From contig CAXXWQ010000004.1 of assembly GCA_963674945.2 (NCBI GenBank), positions 2,112,001-2,176,000 on the forward strand: DNA of 64,000 nt, written 5' to 3'. This DNA comes from an uncultured Desulfosarcina sp. (GTDB lineage Bacteria > Desulfobacterota > Desulfobacteria > Desulfobacterales > Desulfosarcinaceae). The notes under the pieces are model-generated. The model was not told the origin of the DNA, ran no database searches, and worked only from the letters and a program-made list of their open reading frames with translations. The translations under genes were made by a program, and so were the position numbers. Positions 1 to 10,715 of the stretch are shown one piece after another. Positions within the stretch are counted from its first letter, which is position 1. Each line of letters opens with the position of its first letter.

Positions 1-494
1 ATCGGCCCGAAGCCATCCGGCGCATGCGGGCTGCCGTCGAAGCCCGGGAGGAAATCCGTGCGAACGGAGATGACATCGTTATCGTGGCAAGGACCGATGC
101 CCGTGCTCCTTACGGATTGACGGAAGCGGTCACCCGCGCTTCCGCTTTCGCTGAAATGGGCGCGGATATCATTTTTGTGGAAGCCCCCCACACCGAATCT
201 GAAATGCGGGAAATCTGTCGTAACGTGGGTGGTTTTCAAATGGCCAACATGGTGGAACATGGGGTGACACCGGTACTGCCGCCCGACATCTTACAAGACA
301 TCGGATATCGTCTGGCCGCCTACCCCCTGACCCTGCTTTCCAGTGCCGTCCATGCCATGCGCCTGGCCCTTACCGCATTGCGGGAAGGCAAACCCCCTGA
401 AAAAATATTGAATTTTTCCGATCTTACGGCCCTCGTCGGATTTCCGGCGTATGATGAAACCCTTCAACGTCTATCCACCGATGGAGTTGACTGA
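1..494 (+). CDS. Isocitrate lyase/PEP mutase family protein (5' partial)
   Basis: Motifs IVARTDA, GADIIFVEAP and ANMVEHG.TP; frame is open to the left window edge. Confidence 0.85.
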   Translation, partial: RPEAIRRMRAAVEAREEIRANGDDIVIVARTDARAPYGLTEAVTRASAFAEMGADIIFVEAPHTESEMREICRNVGGFQMANMVEHGVTPVLPPDILQDIGYRLAAYPLTLLSSAVHAMRLALTALREGKPPEKILNFSDLTALVGFPAYDETLQRLSTDGVD

Positions 495-882
495 AATGAT
501 CGTCATTTGGCCCCGGCATTGTGAACAGATTACATTTTTTTCCGCAATCGCCATATCCGGCAATAATTTTTCGTCTTTTATGGTATAATTGGATTTCGAA
601 ATCGTGAAGCGCCTTCGATGCTTTGCTGCGGCCTTCTGTGCCAGTGCGAAATCAGGACTCTTTTCTATTCCATATGCTTACGATGTGGCGTATCCCCCTT
701 ACCGTTGAAACCTGCCGGCTTCCGAAGAAGTCGTTAATCAAAATAACTTATAACGTATTTTTTTAAAAAGCTTTTCCCGAATTTCCGCCTATCGGCAAAA
801 AAAGTAAATCGAATTTCTTGCATGTGGTTGTTTGGCCATATTTGGCCTGGAAAAGCTTTTTGGGAGAAAGTCGTCCGGCGCC

Positions 883-2403
883 ATGAAGAAAAAATCAAAG
901 AAAAAAACCCCTTTGCGTATCGCCATCGTCGGTGGCGGACGTGCCTGCAGGTTTCTTCTGGAGTCTTCCAACCTGGAAAGCCTTCCCTATTTCGAAATCA
1001 AAATTGCCGGTGTATGCGATATCAACCCTGCGGCCGAGGGGCTGTTGGCCGCTCAACGGATGGGAATTTACACCACGAACGATTTCCGGGACTTTTTCGA
1101 GCTTGAAAATCTCGATGGCATCATCGAGCTGACCAACAACCGGGATGTACTGTCCGAACTCATTCAGCTCAGTCCAAAACGGATCGGTATTCTGGAATAC
1201 AACATCGGTCGATTGTTACGAAAACTGTTCACTGCAGACCAGAATCTGCGCTCGGCCAAGCAGCAGATCCTCCAGGAACAGGCGATGCGGGCTTTCCTTC
1301 TCCAGGAAAACGACCAGCGGATCATGGTTCTCGATGCCGATTTTACCGTTCAGGATGTAAACGATGCCTATCTGGCCATCATTGGCAAAAGCCGCTCCGA
1401 AGTGATCGGCAAACCCTGCTATAGTGTGATTCACGGATTTACGGATCCATGCGATACCCTGAAAAGTGCATTTGCCTGTCCGATGCTGGAAACCATTCGA
1501 ACAGGTAAACCAGCCTCCGTCATTCAGCCGGACCCGCAAGGCGGTTCCCAGCCCGCCTACAATAATATCGTGACCTATCCCATAAAAGATGGTGCCGGCA
1601 AGACGGTGCGCGTCATCGAGATTTGGCAGGATATCACCAAAGAAATATCCACCAGACTCGAAGAAAGGGAAAACGAGCTTCGATCGGATCTGAACAAACT
1701 GATCCAGGAAGACCGGCTGATCTCTCTCGGCAAACTCGTTGCCAGTTGCGTTCACGAAATCAACAATCCCATTCAGGGGCTTCTGACGTTCAGCCATCTC
1801 ATTCAGGAAAATCTGGCCAAGCCGGCTTTGGCGCCCGACGAATTGGATCAATTGCGCCAGTTTGTCGAACTGATGAGCGTCGAGTTGGAGCGTTGCGGGA
1901 ACATCATCTCAGGCCTGCTCTCTTTCTCCCGGGAATCCTCCATCTCACGCAAGGATATCGACCTCAATGACGTGATTTCCTCCGTGGTTCGGCTCATCAG
2001 CCACAAAATGGAGTTGATGAATATTTCCATGAGCGTCGATCTTTGTCCCCAAGCCATTTTGGTGCACGGTGATATGAACCAATTGCAGCAGTGTTTTCTG
2101 AATCTGGTGTTTAATGCCATCGATGCCATGGATTCCGGCGGATGTATGGAAATTCGGTCGAGAAAGGACGAACAACACAAAGAGGCGCAGCTGACCATCC
2201 GGGATGACGGGCATGGCATCACGGAACATCAACTTCACCATATTTTCGATCCGTTTTACACGACAAAGAAGATGGGAGAGGGTACCGGCCTTGGCCTGTC
2301 CATCGTCTACGGCGTTCTCAAACAACACGGTGGTGAGATCCGGGTGGAGTCCAATGTCGGCAGGGGCACGACATTTCAGATTCAGCTCCCCCTGACATGC
2401 TAA
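883..2403 (+). CDS. Sensor histidine kinase (Rossmann-like N-terminal domain + PAS + HisKA + HATPase)
   Basis: H-box VHEINNPI, N-box NLVFNAIDAM, G-boxes DDGHG and GTGLGL; alternative TTG start at 832. Confidence 0.9.
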   Translation: MKKKSKKKTPLRIAIVGGGRACRFLLESSNLESLPYFEIKIAGVCDINPAAEGLLAAQRMGIYTTNDFRDFFELENLDGIIELTNNRDVLSELIQLSPKRIGILEYNIGRLLRKLFTADQNLRSAKQQILQEQAMRAFLLQENDQRIMVLDADFTVQDVNDAYLAIIGKSRSEVIGKPCYSVIHGFTDPCDTLKSAFACPMLETIRTGKPASVIQPDPQGGSQPAYNNIVTYPIKDGAGKTVRVIEIWQDITKEISTRLEERENELRSDLNKLIQEDRLISLGKLVASCVHEINNPIQGLLTFSHLIQENLAKPALAPDELDQLRQFVELMSVELERCGNIISGLLSFSRESSISRKDIDLNDVISSVVRLISHKMELMNISMSVDLCPQAILVHGDMNQLQQCFLNLVFNAIDAMDSGGCMEIRSRKDEQHKEAQLTIRDDGHGITEHQLHHIFDPFYTTKKMGEGTGLGLSIVYGVLKQHGGEIRVESNVGRGTTFQIQLPLTC

Positions 2404-2472
2404 AAAGCTTTTTCAGGCAAGATCCGCATAATGTAAAAAGAGAGGCGCTCTTTTTTCGGGAGGCAGACGACC

Positions 2473-3816
2473 ATGGATACGATGAATGTCATGATTGTCG
2501 ATGATGAAAAAATCATCCGGGAGTCTTTTTTTCACTGGTTCGAAAAAAGCGGTCACCGGGTGGACACGGCCGCTTCCGGGGATGAAGCCCTGGAAAAAAT
2601 GGAGGCCGTCTGTTTCGACCTTCTGCTGGTCGACATCAAAATGCCGGGCATGAGCGGAATCGATTTGCTGGAGAGGGTGAAGAAGGAATACCCGGATACG
2701 TCCGTCATCATCATTACGGCTTACGGTTCCATAGAGTCCGCGGTAGAGGCCATGAAACTCGGCGCTACCGATTACCTGCTCAAGCCGTTCAAGCCCAATC
2801 AGCTGTCATTGGTGATGGAAAAGGCTGCCCAGCAGAAAAAACTCTCTTCGGAAACCAACTATCTAAGGGGAAGATTGGCGCAATTTACCCGGTTCGACAA
2901 CATCATCGGGCAATCTTCGGCCATGGAGAAAGTCTTCGATCTCATCGAGGAGGTGGCCCGGTCGGGCGCATCGGTGCTGCTGGTGGGAGAAACGGGAACC
3001 GGAAAAGAGCTCATCGCCAAGGCCATTCACGCCAAAAGTCCACGGGCGAATTTTCCCTACATCGCCATCAATTGCGGTGCGGTTCCCGAATCCCTGCTGG
3101 AAAGCGAACTTTTCGGCCACCGCAAGGGCGCGTTTACCGGTGCGGTTCACGGCCGAAAGGGATTTCTGGAAGTCGTCAGCGGTGGTACGCTGTTTCTCGA
3201 CGAGGTAGGAGAAATCAGCCCCAAAATGCAGGTTGACCTGCTTCGGGTCCTGGAAGAAAAAAAAATCATCCCCATCGGCGGCAGTGAACCCCTGGATGTG
3301 GACTTCAGGCTGATTTCCGCCACCAGTCGCAATTTGCAAAATCAGATCGAAAAAGGCACCTTCCGTGAAGATTTCTATTACCGCATCAACGTGATCCGTC
3401 TGGAAATGCCTCCGTTGCGGGAAAGAAAGGAGGATATCCCACTTCTGGCAAGCCATTTTTTGAACAAGTTCAGCCACGAAACCACCAAGTACGTGGATCA
3501 TCTGGCGCCGGAGGCCACCCGGCTTCTGGTGCAATACGATTGGCCGGGCAACGTGAGAGAACTTGAAAACGCCATTGAACGCGCCGTTGTGCTTTCCAAA
3601 GGACGAACGCTGTACGCCGATGATTTCAAATTCCTCCAGCCATTTGCGACACTCCGGCAGGAGGCCCTTGCCCTGATCGACGTGGAAAAGAACCATATTC
3701 AAAATATACTGGAAAGAAACCAGTGGAATGTCACCCGCTCCGCCAAGATACTGGGAATCAACCGGGTAACATTGCATAAGAAGATCAACCGCTACCATTT
3801 GCTCAGAAACGGATAA
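2473..3816 (+). CDS. Sigma-54-dependent response regulator (NtrC/AtoC family)
   Basis: REC domain (DDE, DIKMP), Walker A GETGTGKE, GAFTGA, C-terminal Fis HTH; GGAGG RBS. Confidence 0.95.
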   Translation: MDTMNVMIVDDEKIIRESFFHWFEKSGHRVDTAASGDEALEKMEAVCFDLLLVDIKMPGMSGIDLLERVKKEYPDTSVIIITAYGSIESAVEAMKLGATDYLLKPFKPNQLSLVMEKAAQQKKLSSETNYLRGRLAQFTRFDNIIGQSSAMEKVFDLIEEVARSGASVLLVGETGTGKELIAKAIHAKSPRANFPYIAINCGAVPESLLESELFGHRKGAFTGAVHGRKGFLEVVSGGTLFLDEVGEISPKMQVDLLRVLEEKKIIPIGGSEPLDVDFRLISATSRNLQNQIEKGTFREDFYYRINVIRLEMPPLRERKEDIPLLASHFLNKFSHETTKYVDHLAPEATRLLVQYDWPGNVRELENAIERAVVLSKGRTLYADDFKFLQPFATLRQEALALIDVEKNHIQNILERNQWNVTRSAKILGINRVTLHKKINRYHLLRNG

Positions 3817-3825
3817 CCAACGCAA

Positions 3826-4374
3826 GTGTCCATACGCAGGACAACAGGTCCCGTCGGCGTCGCACCCGTCGGCCAAACGGATGTGTTTGCCGCCGAGGTG
3901 ATTGCCGCACACATCAGTGGATATTTTCTTTTGCCCGCAGAATGCCTGCCGGTAATGGCCTTGCCACCGGGCACCTTTGACAGCCATCGGTTTCAGCACA
4001 ATGCGGTTTTACTGATTTCTGCCCTCGAGAAAAAATCTTTCGAGGAATTCTCCAAGGTGATCGCCGTGATGGATGTGGACATATTCATCCCCATCTTCAC
4101 CCATGTATTCGGAGAGGCGCGGCAGGGCGGAAAAGTGGCGCTGGTTTCGCTGTTTCGACTGAGAGGCGCCGACGACGATTCGCCACCTTCAACCAGCAGA
4201 ATGCTGGAAAGGGCAGCAAAAATCGCGCTTCACGAACTCGGCCATCTTTTCGGCCTGCTACACTGTGACGATGAACGCTGTCTGATGCATTTTTCCGGCG
4301 ATGTCGACGAGGTGGACCGGCTGCCGCTCAACCTCTGCCGGTATTGCCGCATGTATTTAAAAGAGGCTGTTTGA
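3826..4374 (+). CDS. Archaemetzincin-family Zn metalloprotease (M54)
   Basis: HELGHLFGLLHCx4CLMx17CxxC signature; FVFGEA-like motif (HVFGEA). Confidence 0.85.
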   Translation: MSIRRTTGPVGVAPVGQTDVFAAEVIAAHISGYFLLPAECLPVMALPPGTFDSHRFQHNAVLLISALEKKSFEEFSKVIAVMDVDIFIPIFTHVFGEARQGGKVALVSLFRLRGADDDSPPSTSRMLERAAKIALHELGHLFGLLHCDDERCLMHFSGDVDEVDRLPLNLCRYCRMYLKEAV

Positions 4375-4394
4375 CGAAAATTCACCCTTTTTCT

Positions 4395-5330
4395 CTATCG
4401 CCTGGTGGTGTGCAGAAAACCGTTGACCAGAACGTCCCATTGCAGCTGCTCGCATGCGCCGAAAATGTCTTTCACCGGAGCACCACCGGTGGCTGCCAGC
4501 GCCTCGTATTCGGGCCCCATCATCTCAAACAGTTTCCGGTTTTCCGTTTCCAGCCATCGGGTGCTTTCCTTTCCGAAATAGAGCTGCTTCAGATTCCGTT
4601 TCGGCATATCCGGACGAACGATAAACAGCCAACCTTGGCCGTAAGGATCTTCGCTGATGAGTTCCGTATGCTCCCGGGCCGGATGGTTGATGGCCAGCAC
4701 CTTACCGCTTACCGGAGATAGAACCGCCGCCCGGTTGCCGTTCCGGCCAAAGGTCCAGCCGACCTGATCCTGGATCAGTCCCGCACCAATGGGGGGCAGC
4801 TCGAGCACTGTCATCTTTCCGAAAAGTCGACAAAGGAAGTCGTCAAACCCCACCCGGACGTTCCCTCCGTGTTCGAAACGCACCCAGCTGTGCCCCATGT
4901 GATAATAATATCCGACGGCGAGGTTGAACCCGGAAACCACCACCGTCCTGGGGGCATCGACATCGTTGACCATGTCCATCTCGTCCAGCATCTGATCGAA
5001 CTCGCAGTGGTGGCATTCATAGTTGTGAGGACAGATTTTCGGCGCTTCGATGCGGCCTGTCAACACATGACGACACGGGCGGTTGGCCCCGTCATATCGC
5101 TGGATGAGGTGTTCAACCCACCGGGGGGCCACATCTTCCGAGTCCAATTCCGGAGCGATTTCCATGGCCTTGCGCATGGCCGCGTTGAATCCGCAGGTAT
5201 GACAGTCGTATGCGTTATCGCAAATGCGGTAGTTGATCACCCCCGCCTGCATCCATATACATCGGTTTTCGGCGACATTGAAACAGGTTACCCGCTTTTT
5301 TTCGGTACCCGTCGATTTCGAAGTCCTCAT
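4395..5330 (-). CDS. GcvH-like protein with duplicated N-terminal Cys-rich domain
   Basis: YYHMGHSWV, VRVGFDDF, SPVSGKVLAIN and DPYGQGWL motifs of the H-protein fold; GGAGGTG RBS. Confidence 0.85.
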   Translation of the reverse strand: MRTSKSTGTEKKRVTCFNVAENRCIWMQAGVINYRICDNAYDCHTCGFNAAMRKAMEIAPELDSEDVAPRWVEHLIQRYDGANRPCRHVLTGRIEAPKICPHNYECHHCEFDQMLDEMDMVNDVDAPRTVVVSGFNLAVGYYYHMGHSWVRFEHGGNVRVGFDDFLCRLFGKMTVLELPPIGAGLIQDQVGWTFGRNGNRAAVLSPVSGKVLAINHPAREHTELISEDPYGQGWLFIVRPDMPKRNLKQLYFGKESTRWLETENRKLFEMMGPEYEALAATGGAPVKDIFGACEQLQWDVLVNGFLHTTRR

Positions 5331-5390
5331 GATTCCACCTCCTTTGCTTACCCTTGATTGGCGTGATCCGGCATTTCAACGTCCAATATG

Positions 5391-5405
5391 GCAAAGGACA
5401 TGCCA
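5391..5405 (-). promoter_or_regulatory. Sigma-54 (-24/-12) promoter for the GcvH-like gene
   Basis: Minus strand TGGCATGTCCTTTGC: GG-N10-GC about 60 nt upstream of the start codon. Confidence 0.65.
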
Positions 5406-5956
5406 TCGGATGCGTATTTGTTCTTTCTGGGTTCTGTAACAACCGGCCACAGGTCGTACGGTCGCGCTACCCGATTGAAAGGTCCCGACACCAGCACTGG
5501 AAACTACCGGAAAACAACATGAATACAAGCAATTAAAATGCATGCCACATCAAGGGAAATCCGTAAGGCGGGTATTATCGGAAAAAAGACGTTGCACGAA
5601 ACAGATGCCCTGCTCTCCTTGGCTGTGGAATCGGAGCGAATCCTGCCTGCGGACAGGTGATTACATTCGCAACAGCAGCGGCCACCGATTCGATAAGTTT
5701 CGAATATTTATTACATATTATCAGTAAGATACAAACGTGTTGCGTTTTTAATCGATGGGCGATGCAATGGACTACACATAAATCTGGAACCAAAACAGTC
5801 CCTTCCCACCATTGAAATCCTCTATGACAACCAACACAAAAGATCGGAACTAACGATTGGACCTCTCTGCACAGAATGTCTACAGTGCATCAAACACGCG
5901 AAAAGTGTCTGTTGTGAACCACCCACAAAGCGAACGGACCATTAAAACCGGCAAGC

Positions 5957-6784
5957 ATGACCATGGAAGGATGTAAATTCGACTGGATCCACAAAAAGGG
6001 AAGCGGCAGGCTGAATGAGGATGCCTATTTCCTGGTCCCTGGAATGTGCGGTGTATTTGACGGCTCCACCGCTTTGAACGGCTCCCTGTACCAGGACGGC
6101 AAGACCGGCGGCTATCTGGCCGCACAGATGGCCTGCAATGTCTTTCGCACAAACAACGCCCCCCTGCTGAAGCTTGCCGATCAGGCCAACCGTGAAATCT
6201 TAGGGGCAATGCGAACCAACGGTGTCGATCTGGCCAGAAAAGAAAACTTGTGGTGCACCAGTTTTGCCGTGGTCCGGATCGGCACCGACGCATTCGAGTG
6301 GGTTCAAAGCGGTGACAGCCTCATCCTGGCCATCGACCACGATCGCCGCTATCGGGTACTGGTTCCGGACCACTCCCATGACACCGAGACCCTGTGCATG
6401 TGGCGGGACAGGGCTGCGTGCGGTGCGCCGAGCATTTTCGAATCCCTGAAGGAGCAGATCATTACCGTCAGGCGGCGGATGAACGTCACCTACGGGGTAC
6501 TCAACGGCGAACCGGAAGCCCTGGATTTCATCAGCCAGGGACGCGCACCGCTTCACGATATCGAGCATATCCTCCTGTTCACGGACGGCCTGTTTATTCC
6601 CAAAGAGGATCCCAAGGCCGATCATCGGTTCGACATCTTGGTGGAACGCTTTCTCGATGGTGGTCTGCATGCGGTGTACCAGTATGTCCATGACATACAG
6701 GCCGCCGATCCCCTCTGCCACAAATACCCCCGATTCAAACCCCACGACGATATCGCAGCCGTGGCCATCTCCTTTGACGCCTGA
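5957..6784 (+). CDS. PP2C/PPM-family phosphatase domain protein
   Basis: NEDAY, GVFDG, GDS, LFTDGL and HDDIAAV metal-binding motifs. Confidence 0.85.
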   Translation: MTMEGCKFDWIHKKGSGRLNEDAYFLVPGMCGVFDGSTALNGSLYQDGKTGGYLAAQMACNVFRTNNAPLLKLADQANREILGAMRTNGVDLARKENLWCTSFAVVRIGTDAFEWVQSGDSLILAIDHDRRYRVLVPDHSHDTETLCMWRDRAACGAPSIFESLKEQIITVRRRMNVTYGVLNGEPEALDFISQGRAPLHDIEHILLFTDGLFIPKEDPKADHRFDILVERFLDGGLHAVYQYVHDIQAADPLCHKYPRFKPHDDIAAVAISFDA

Positions 6785-6901
6785 TCATACATCGGCGGGA
6801 CGAAACCTTTAATTCATACCGATTGAAAAAAACAGTGGCGGCACACCCGCGAAGCGTTGTACCTTTGAAGTATCGGAGAATGCTTCAGAACCATTGAAAA
6901 G

Positions 6902-8005
6902 GTGAACCGGGTGCGGGTGATCGACTGCCAAGGAACGGAAAAATGGAACCGCTATGTGAACGGTCATCCCCACGGCGGCGTGTTTCACCTGTTCGGCTGG
7001 AAAAGGGTCTTCCAGGAGGTGTACGGCCTTCCCGGCTATCATCTCATGGCCGTCGATGATCCTTGTTCCGCCGACGGACCGCCGGATCGACCAAACGCAC
7101 CCGTTCGGGGCATTTGTGCGCTATTTTTTTTGCGATCGCCCCGAAATCGCAGACGGCTCATCGCCCCCCCCTATCTGGATGTAGGCGGTATACTTGCCGA
7201 CGACCCCGACACCGAGACCCTTCTTCTTCAAGAGGCGATAAAATTCGCCAGAAAAGACCATGCCCGCTGGATCGAGCTTCGCCAGGCCCGGCCATTGGCC
7301 GGCCTTTCGGCTTCGCCCCGCCTAACGGAAGACACGGGTGTCGACATACCTCATCTACAGGTGTCCAATCATAAGGCCAGCCTCCAACGCACCCTGCCGG
7401 CCGACACCGCCACGCTGATGCACGCCTTCAAGTCCAAGCTGCGCAGTCAGATCCGCAAAGCAATGAAAAACGGACTGCATCCTGCGGTAGGCGGAATCGA
7501 ACTATTGCCCGACTTCTACAAGGTCTTCTCCCACAACATGCGCGATCTGGGTTCACCGGTTCACTCCCGCCGTCTGTTCGAGCGGGTACTGCACACCTTT
7601 GGCCCTCAGGCCCGCATCGTAATCGTCCGCCGGGGCCCGAAGGCGGTGGCGGGATCCATCGTCCTTGGCTTCAAGCACCGGCTACACAACCCATGGGCAT
7701 CTTCATTGCGCGCCTACCGCCACCTGGGCGCCAATATGCTGCTTTACTGGGCCATGCTGGCCCACGCCTGTGATACCGGGTTGACGACGTTCGATTTCGG
7801 CCGATCGTCTCCCGGTGCCGGCACCTATTCATTCAAACGCCAATGGGGGGCCGAACCGACCCCGTTGCACTGGTACTACCTGACCCTCGATGGCGACCCG
7901 GTGGATCCCATGGCCGAGCATCTCTCTTTCAGATTTTGGAAACGGCTGCCGGTGGGCCTGTCACGGATGATCGGCCCTAAGGTTCGCCGGCATATCGGGC
8001 TATAG
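6902..8005 (+). CDS. FemAB-like GNAT acyltransferase (EPS/PEP-CTERM-associated type)
   Basis: KSKLRSQIRKA, HNMRDLGSPV and FDFGRSSPGAGTYSFKRQWGA motifs. Confidence 0.8.
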   Translation: MNRVRVIDCQGTEKWNRYVNGHPHGGVFHLFGWKRVFQEVYGLPGYHLMAVDDPCSADGPPDRPNAPVRGICALFFLRSPRNRRRLIAPPYLDVGGILADDPDTETLLLQEAIKFARKDHARWIELRQARPLAGLSASPRLTEDTGVDIPHLQVSNHKASLQRTLPADTATLMHAFKSKLRSQIRKAMKNGLHPAVGGIELLPDFYKVFSHNMRDLGSPVHSRRLFERVLHTFGPQARIVIVRRGPKAVAGSIVLGFKHRLHNPWASSLRAYRHLGANMLLYWAMLAHACDTGLTTFDFGRSSPGAGTYSFKRQWGAEPTPLHWYYLTLDGDPVDPMAEHLSFRFWKRLPVGLSRMIGPKVRRHIGL

Positions 8006-8036
8006 ACCAAACGAACAATGGATGGAGAATTGAACC

Positions 8037-9200
8037 TTGCCACATGAACTGACCATCCCCATGGCAATTCAACTGGTTATCGAAGACGTCGGCTGGTGGG
8101 ATAGATCTCACCCGGTCGGCCCCAACGATCCATTTCGCTCGGGTCTGCACCGTCGACACCACCCCAAGGATTATGCCGCGTTGGTCCATCTGGCCAAGGG
8201 ACTGGGCATGCGTCCCCTGATCGCCTTCGTTGCCTGCGAATGGGATCGCACCAATCTTTTAAAACAGATCCCCTCCGCCACCTGGATGGGGTCCAACTGG
8301 GACAACCGCCACAACGTCGGCCCCTGGCTGGATGAGGCCGCAGAAATTCTGAATGCCAATCGCGCACACCTGGAAATCGGCCTTCACGGCGTTGGGCACG
8401 AGTACTGGGACAAAGGCCGGCGTTCCCGCACCGAATTCCATACACCCGAGGGCGAAATGCGCCCCAAAGAGCATATCCAGCGCCACCTGGAGGCTTTCGG
8501 GGCGATCCTGGAACAAAACGGCCTGGACGCCTTCCCGCGCGCCTTTGTTCCGCCGGGCCTGAATCACAGTTTCGGCAATGGCGAAAGCGGTATCCACCCG
8601 CTCCTGAACCGGTTCGGAATCTGCCAGGTCACCACAAACCTGTCCAAGGCCAAAATGCACCGTCCCGCCCAGATGCCTAACATGGCCTGGGAATCGGGGG
8701 TGCTGCTCATCGAACGCGGCCCCGCACCGGTACCGTGGCACACGCCGGCAACAACACCGGAATTCAGCTTCGACCGGCCCGTTTTAAGCCTTCACTGGGC
8801 CAACCTGCTTCACGAGGATACCCGACGCAACCTGGAGATCATCCAAAATTGGGTAGCGTTCATCGATGCCGGGTATGATCGGCTGGAACAGACGCTGGCA
8901 AAGGACACGACCACCTGCTGGTCCCAGTTCGCGTACCGCACCCTAAGCCCCATCCGGCGCTCGGGGCAGGCCTTTGGCATCGACCTCAGCCAGCTGCGGC
9001 GTCTGCCCCAAAAGGCAATTCAACCCTTCTTTTATCTGAATGTACGCAGTCGGAAACCCATGAGATGGCAGATTGAAGGCGGAAAGATGGAAACACGGAA
9101 AAATCCGCACAAAACCGTTCAATCCTTCACCATCCGGCCGGACGAGGGCAGAGACGAAATCCGACTGACCCCATCGGAAAAGAATGGCCGGTTGAGGTGA
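8037..9200 (+). CDS. Hypothetical protein, polysaccharide deacetylase-like (NodB fold)
   Basis: IEDVG, EIGLHGVGHE and FVPPG motifs. Confidence 0.6.
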   Translation: MPHELTIPMAIQLVIEDVGWWDRSHPVGPNDPFRSGLHRRHHPKDYAALVHLAKGLGMRPLIAFVACEWDRTNLLKQIPSATWMGSNWDNRHNVGPWLDEAAEILNANRAHLEIGLHGVGHEYWDKGRRSRTEFHTPEGEMRPKEHIQRHLEAFGAILEQNGLDAFPRAFVPPGLNHSFGNGESGIHPLLNRFGICQVTTNLSKAKMHRPAQMPNMAWESGVLLIERGPAPVPWHTPATTPEFSFDRPVLSLHWANLLHEDTRRNLEIIQNWVAFIDAGYDRLEQTLAKDTTTCWSQFAYRTLSPIRRSGQAFGIDLSQLRRLPQKAIQPFFYLNVRSRKPMRWQIEGGKMETRKNPHKTVQSFTIRPDEGRDEIRLTPSEKNGRLR

Positions 9201-9338
9201 TTTCAAAATGTTCAATCGGGCTTAAGATTAAGGCGGGGGTAAGGTGACCAACCGAAGACAACCATTTAGTATTTCGAGGATTGGGCAGCTCGCCCCAACG
9301 CCGATATTGAGCCCGAGGGGACGTTTTGAAATTGCCTC
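9194..9338. repeat. Palindromic MITE/REP-like element, copy A
   Basis: Terminal IR GAGGTGATTTCAAAA...TTTTGAAATTGCCTC; inverted homolog at 18740-18915. Confidence 0.8.
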
Positions 9339-9354
9339 GGTTAGCCGATTTTCG

Positions 9355-10620
9355 TTACACCATCAGGTTCATCAGCTTGCTGTGCAGCACCTCGTAGGAA
9401 TAGAACTGTTTGGCGAGCCGGTAATTGGTATCCACCATCTTCTGCCGCGACGATTCATCTTCCAACAACGCACGGGTCTGGGCAACGGCTTCATCGGTCA
9501 CATACCCGTCGATTTCAACCGCTTTAAACCCTTTGGGTTTGATATCGAAGGTATAGATGGAGTAGCAATTGACCAGGATCGGCTTTTTAAAATAGACCGC
9601 CTCCAGAAAGGCATTGCCGAATCCCTCGATGGAGGAGGGATAGGTGATGAAATCGGCGTGATGATAGATGTCGTCCAGGGTGTATACCTTGCGTCCGTCC
9701 GCGGTGGTGTCGCGTCGGTCGTTGATGATGTCCGAGACGAACAGGGTGTCGACCCCCATTCGCTTAGAATAGTCGATGAGCCGTTGTTCATAGTCATGGC
9801 CCTCATCACCGGAGGCGTGGGAGATGACCAGACGGGACTTGATGCCGAGACGACTGACCAGTTCAATGGCATTCTCGATCCCTTTTCTCTTGACGACGCG
9901 GGTGGGTTGAAGAATCAATTTCTCATCCGCCGCCAGTCCCAGTGCCTGGCGAACGTCGCCGGCATATTCATCGGGTGGCGGCGGCGGGTTTTCGAAATCC
10001 ATGACGTTGGGAATAATGGTACTCGAGATGCCGGTACGCAAGGATAGCTGATTGGAAGCCGCCGAATTGATCACCACATGCCGGATGGTCGGCAAATGGG
10101 GGGGGAATGCCATATTGAGGTAGTCCCAGACCGAATTGGTCTTGAACTGTCGGCGCTCCCAGAAGAAATCGTGATGATGGGCGATGCAGGGCAGCCCGGT
10201 TTCGGCAAGAAGTTCGGTAATGGCAAGCCCCAAGGGAATGTTGAGGGGGATGGTCAGGGCATTTTCGGGAACCAGCAGATCGATGTTGAACTTGTCAATA
10301 AAATCGTATAGTTGATCCTTCAGCAACTCTTTGATGTCGTGAATCTGATTCGTCACCGCCCGACTGCGCGCCCTCTGGGAGGTACCCTCGAACACTGCGT
10401 TGAAGATATCCCTGATCTCCGGATCCATGAAATGGGCCTTTTCCGACAGATAGGAGCACTTGCGATCACGATCCAGTTCACCGGCGAAGTAAAAGCAATC
10501 GAACCTCTCCTTTTCAAAGACGCGCGCCCATTTTTCCGTCTCCAGGGAAACGCCGTCGGTTCCGGCAATACGGGTGGAAATAAAGCCGATATGATGCACC
10601 TTGTCGAAGGGAATGTACAT
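9355..10620 (-). CDS. GT4 glycosyltransferase (possible mannosylglucosyl-3-phosphoglycerate synthase type)
   Basis: GTDGVSLE, HHHDF, PTRVVKRKGIE and YPSSIEGFGNAFLEA motifs. Confidence 0.8.
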   Translation of the reverse strand: MYIPFDKVHHIGFISTRIAGTDGVSLETEKWARVFEKERFDCFYFAGELDRDRKCSYLSEKAHFMDPEIRDIFNAVFEGTSQRARSRAVTNQIHDIKELLKDQLYDFIDKFNIDLLVPENALTIPLNIPLGLAITELLAETGLPCIAHHHDFFWERRQFKTNSVWDYLNMAFPPHLPTIRHVVINSAASNQLSLRTGISSTIIPNVMDFENPPPPPDEYAGDVRQALGLAADEKLILQPTRVVKRKGIENAIELVSRLGIKSRLVISHASGDEGHDYEQRLIDYSKRMGVDTLFVSDIINDRRDTTADGRKVYTLDDIYHHADFITYPSSIEGFGNAFLEAVYFKKPILVNCYSIYTFDIKPKGFKAVEIDGYVTDEAVAQTRALLEDESSRQKMVDTNYRLAKQFYSYEVLHSKLMNLMV

Positions 10621-10715
10621 AACCACACCTCATTGGATTGATCGGGAAGGCCAATTTTCCGCTCTTTCAGTAAGACACCAAAACACCAGTAGTGTCAACG
10701 CCCAAGGAGGACAAA

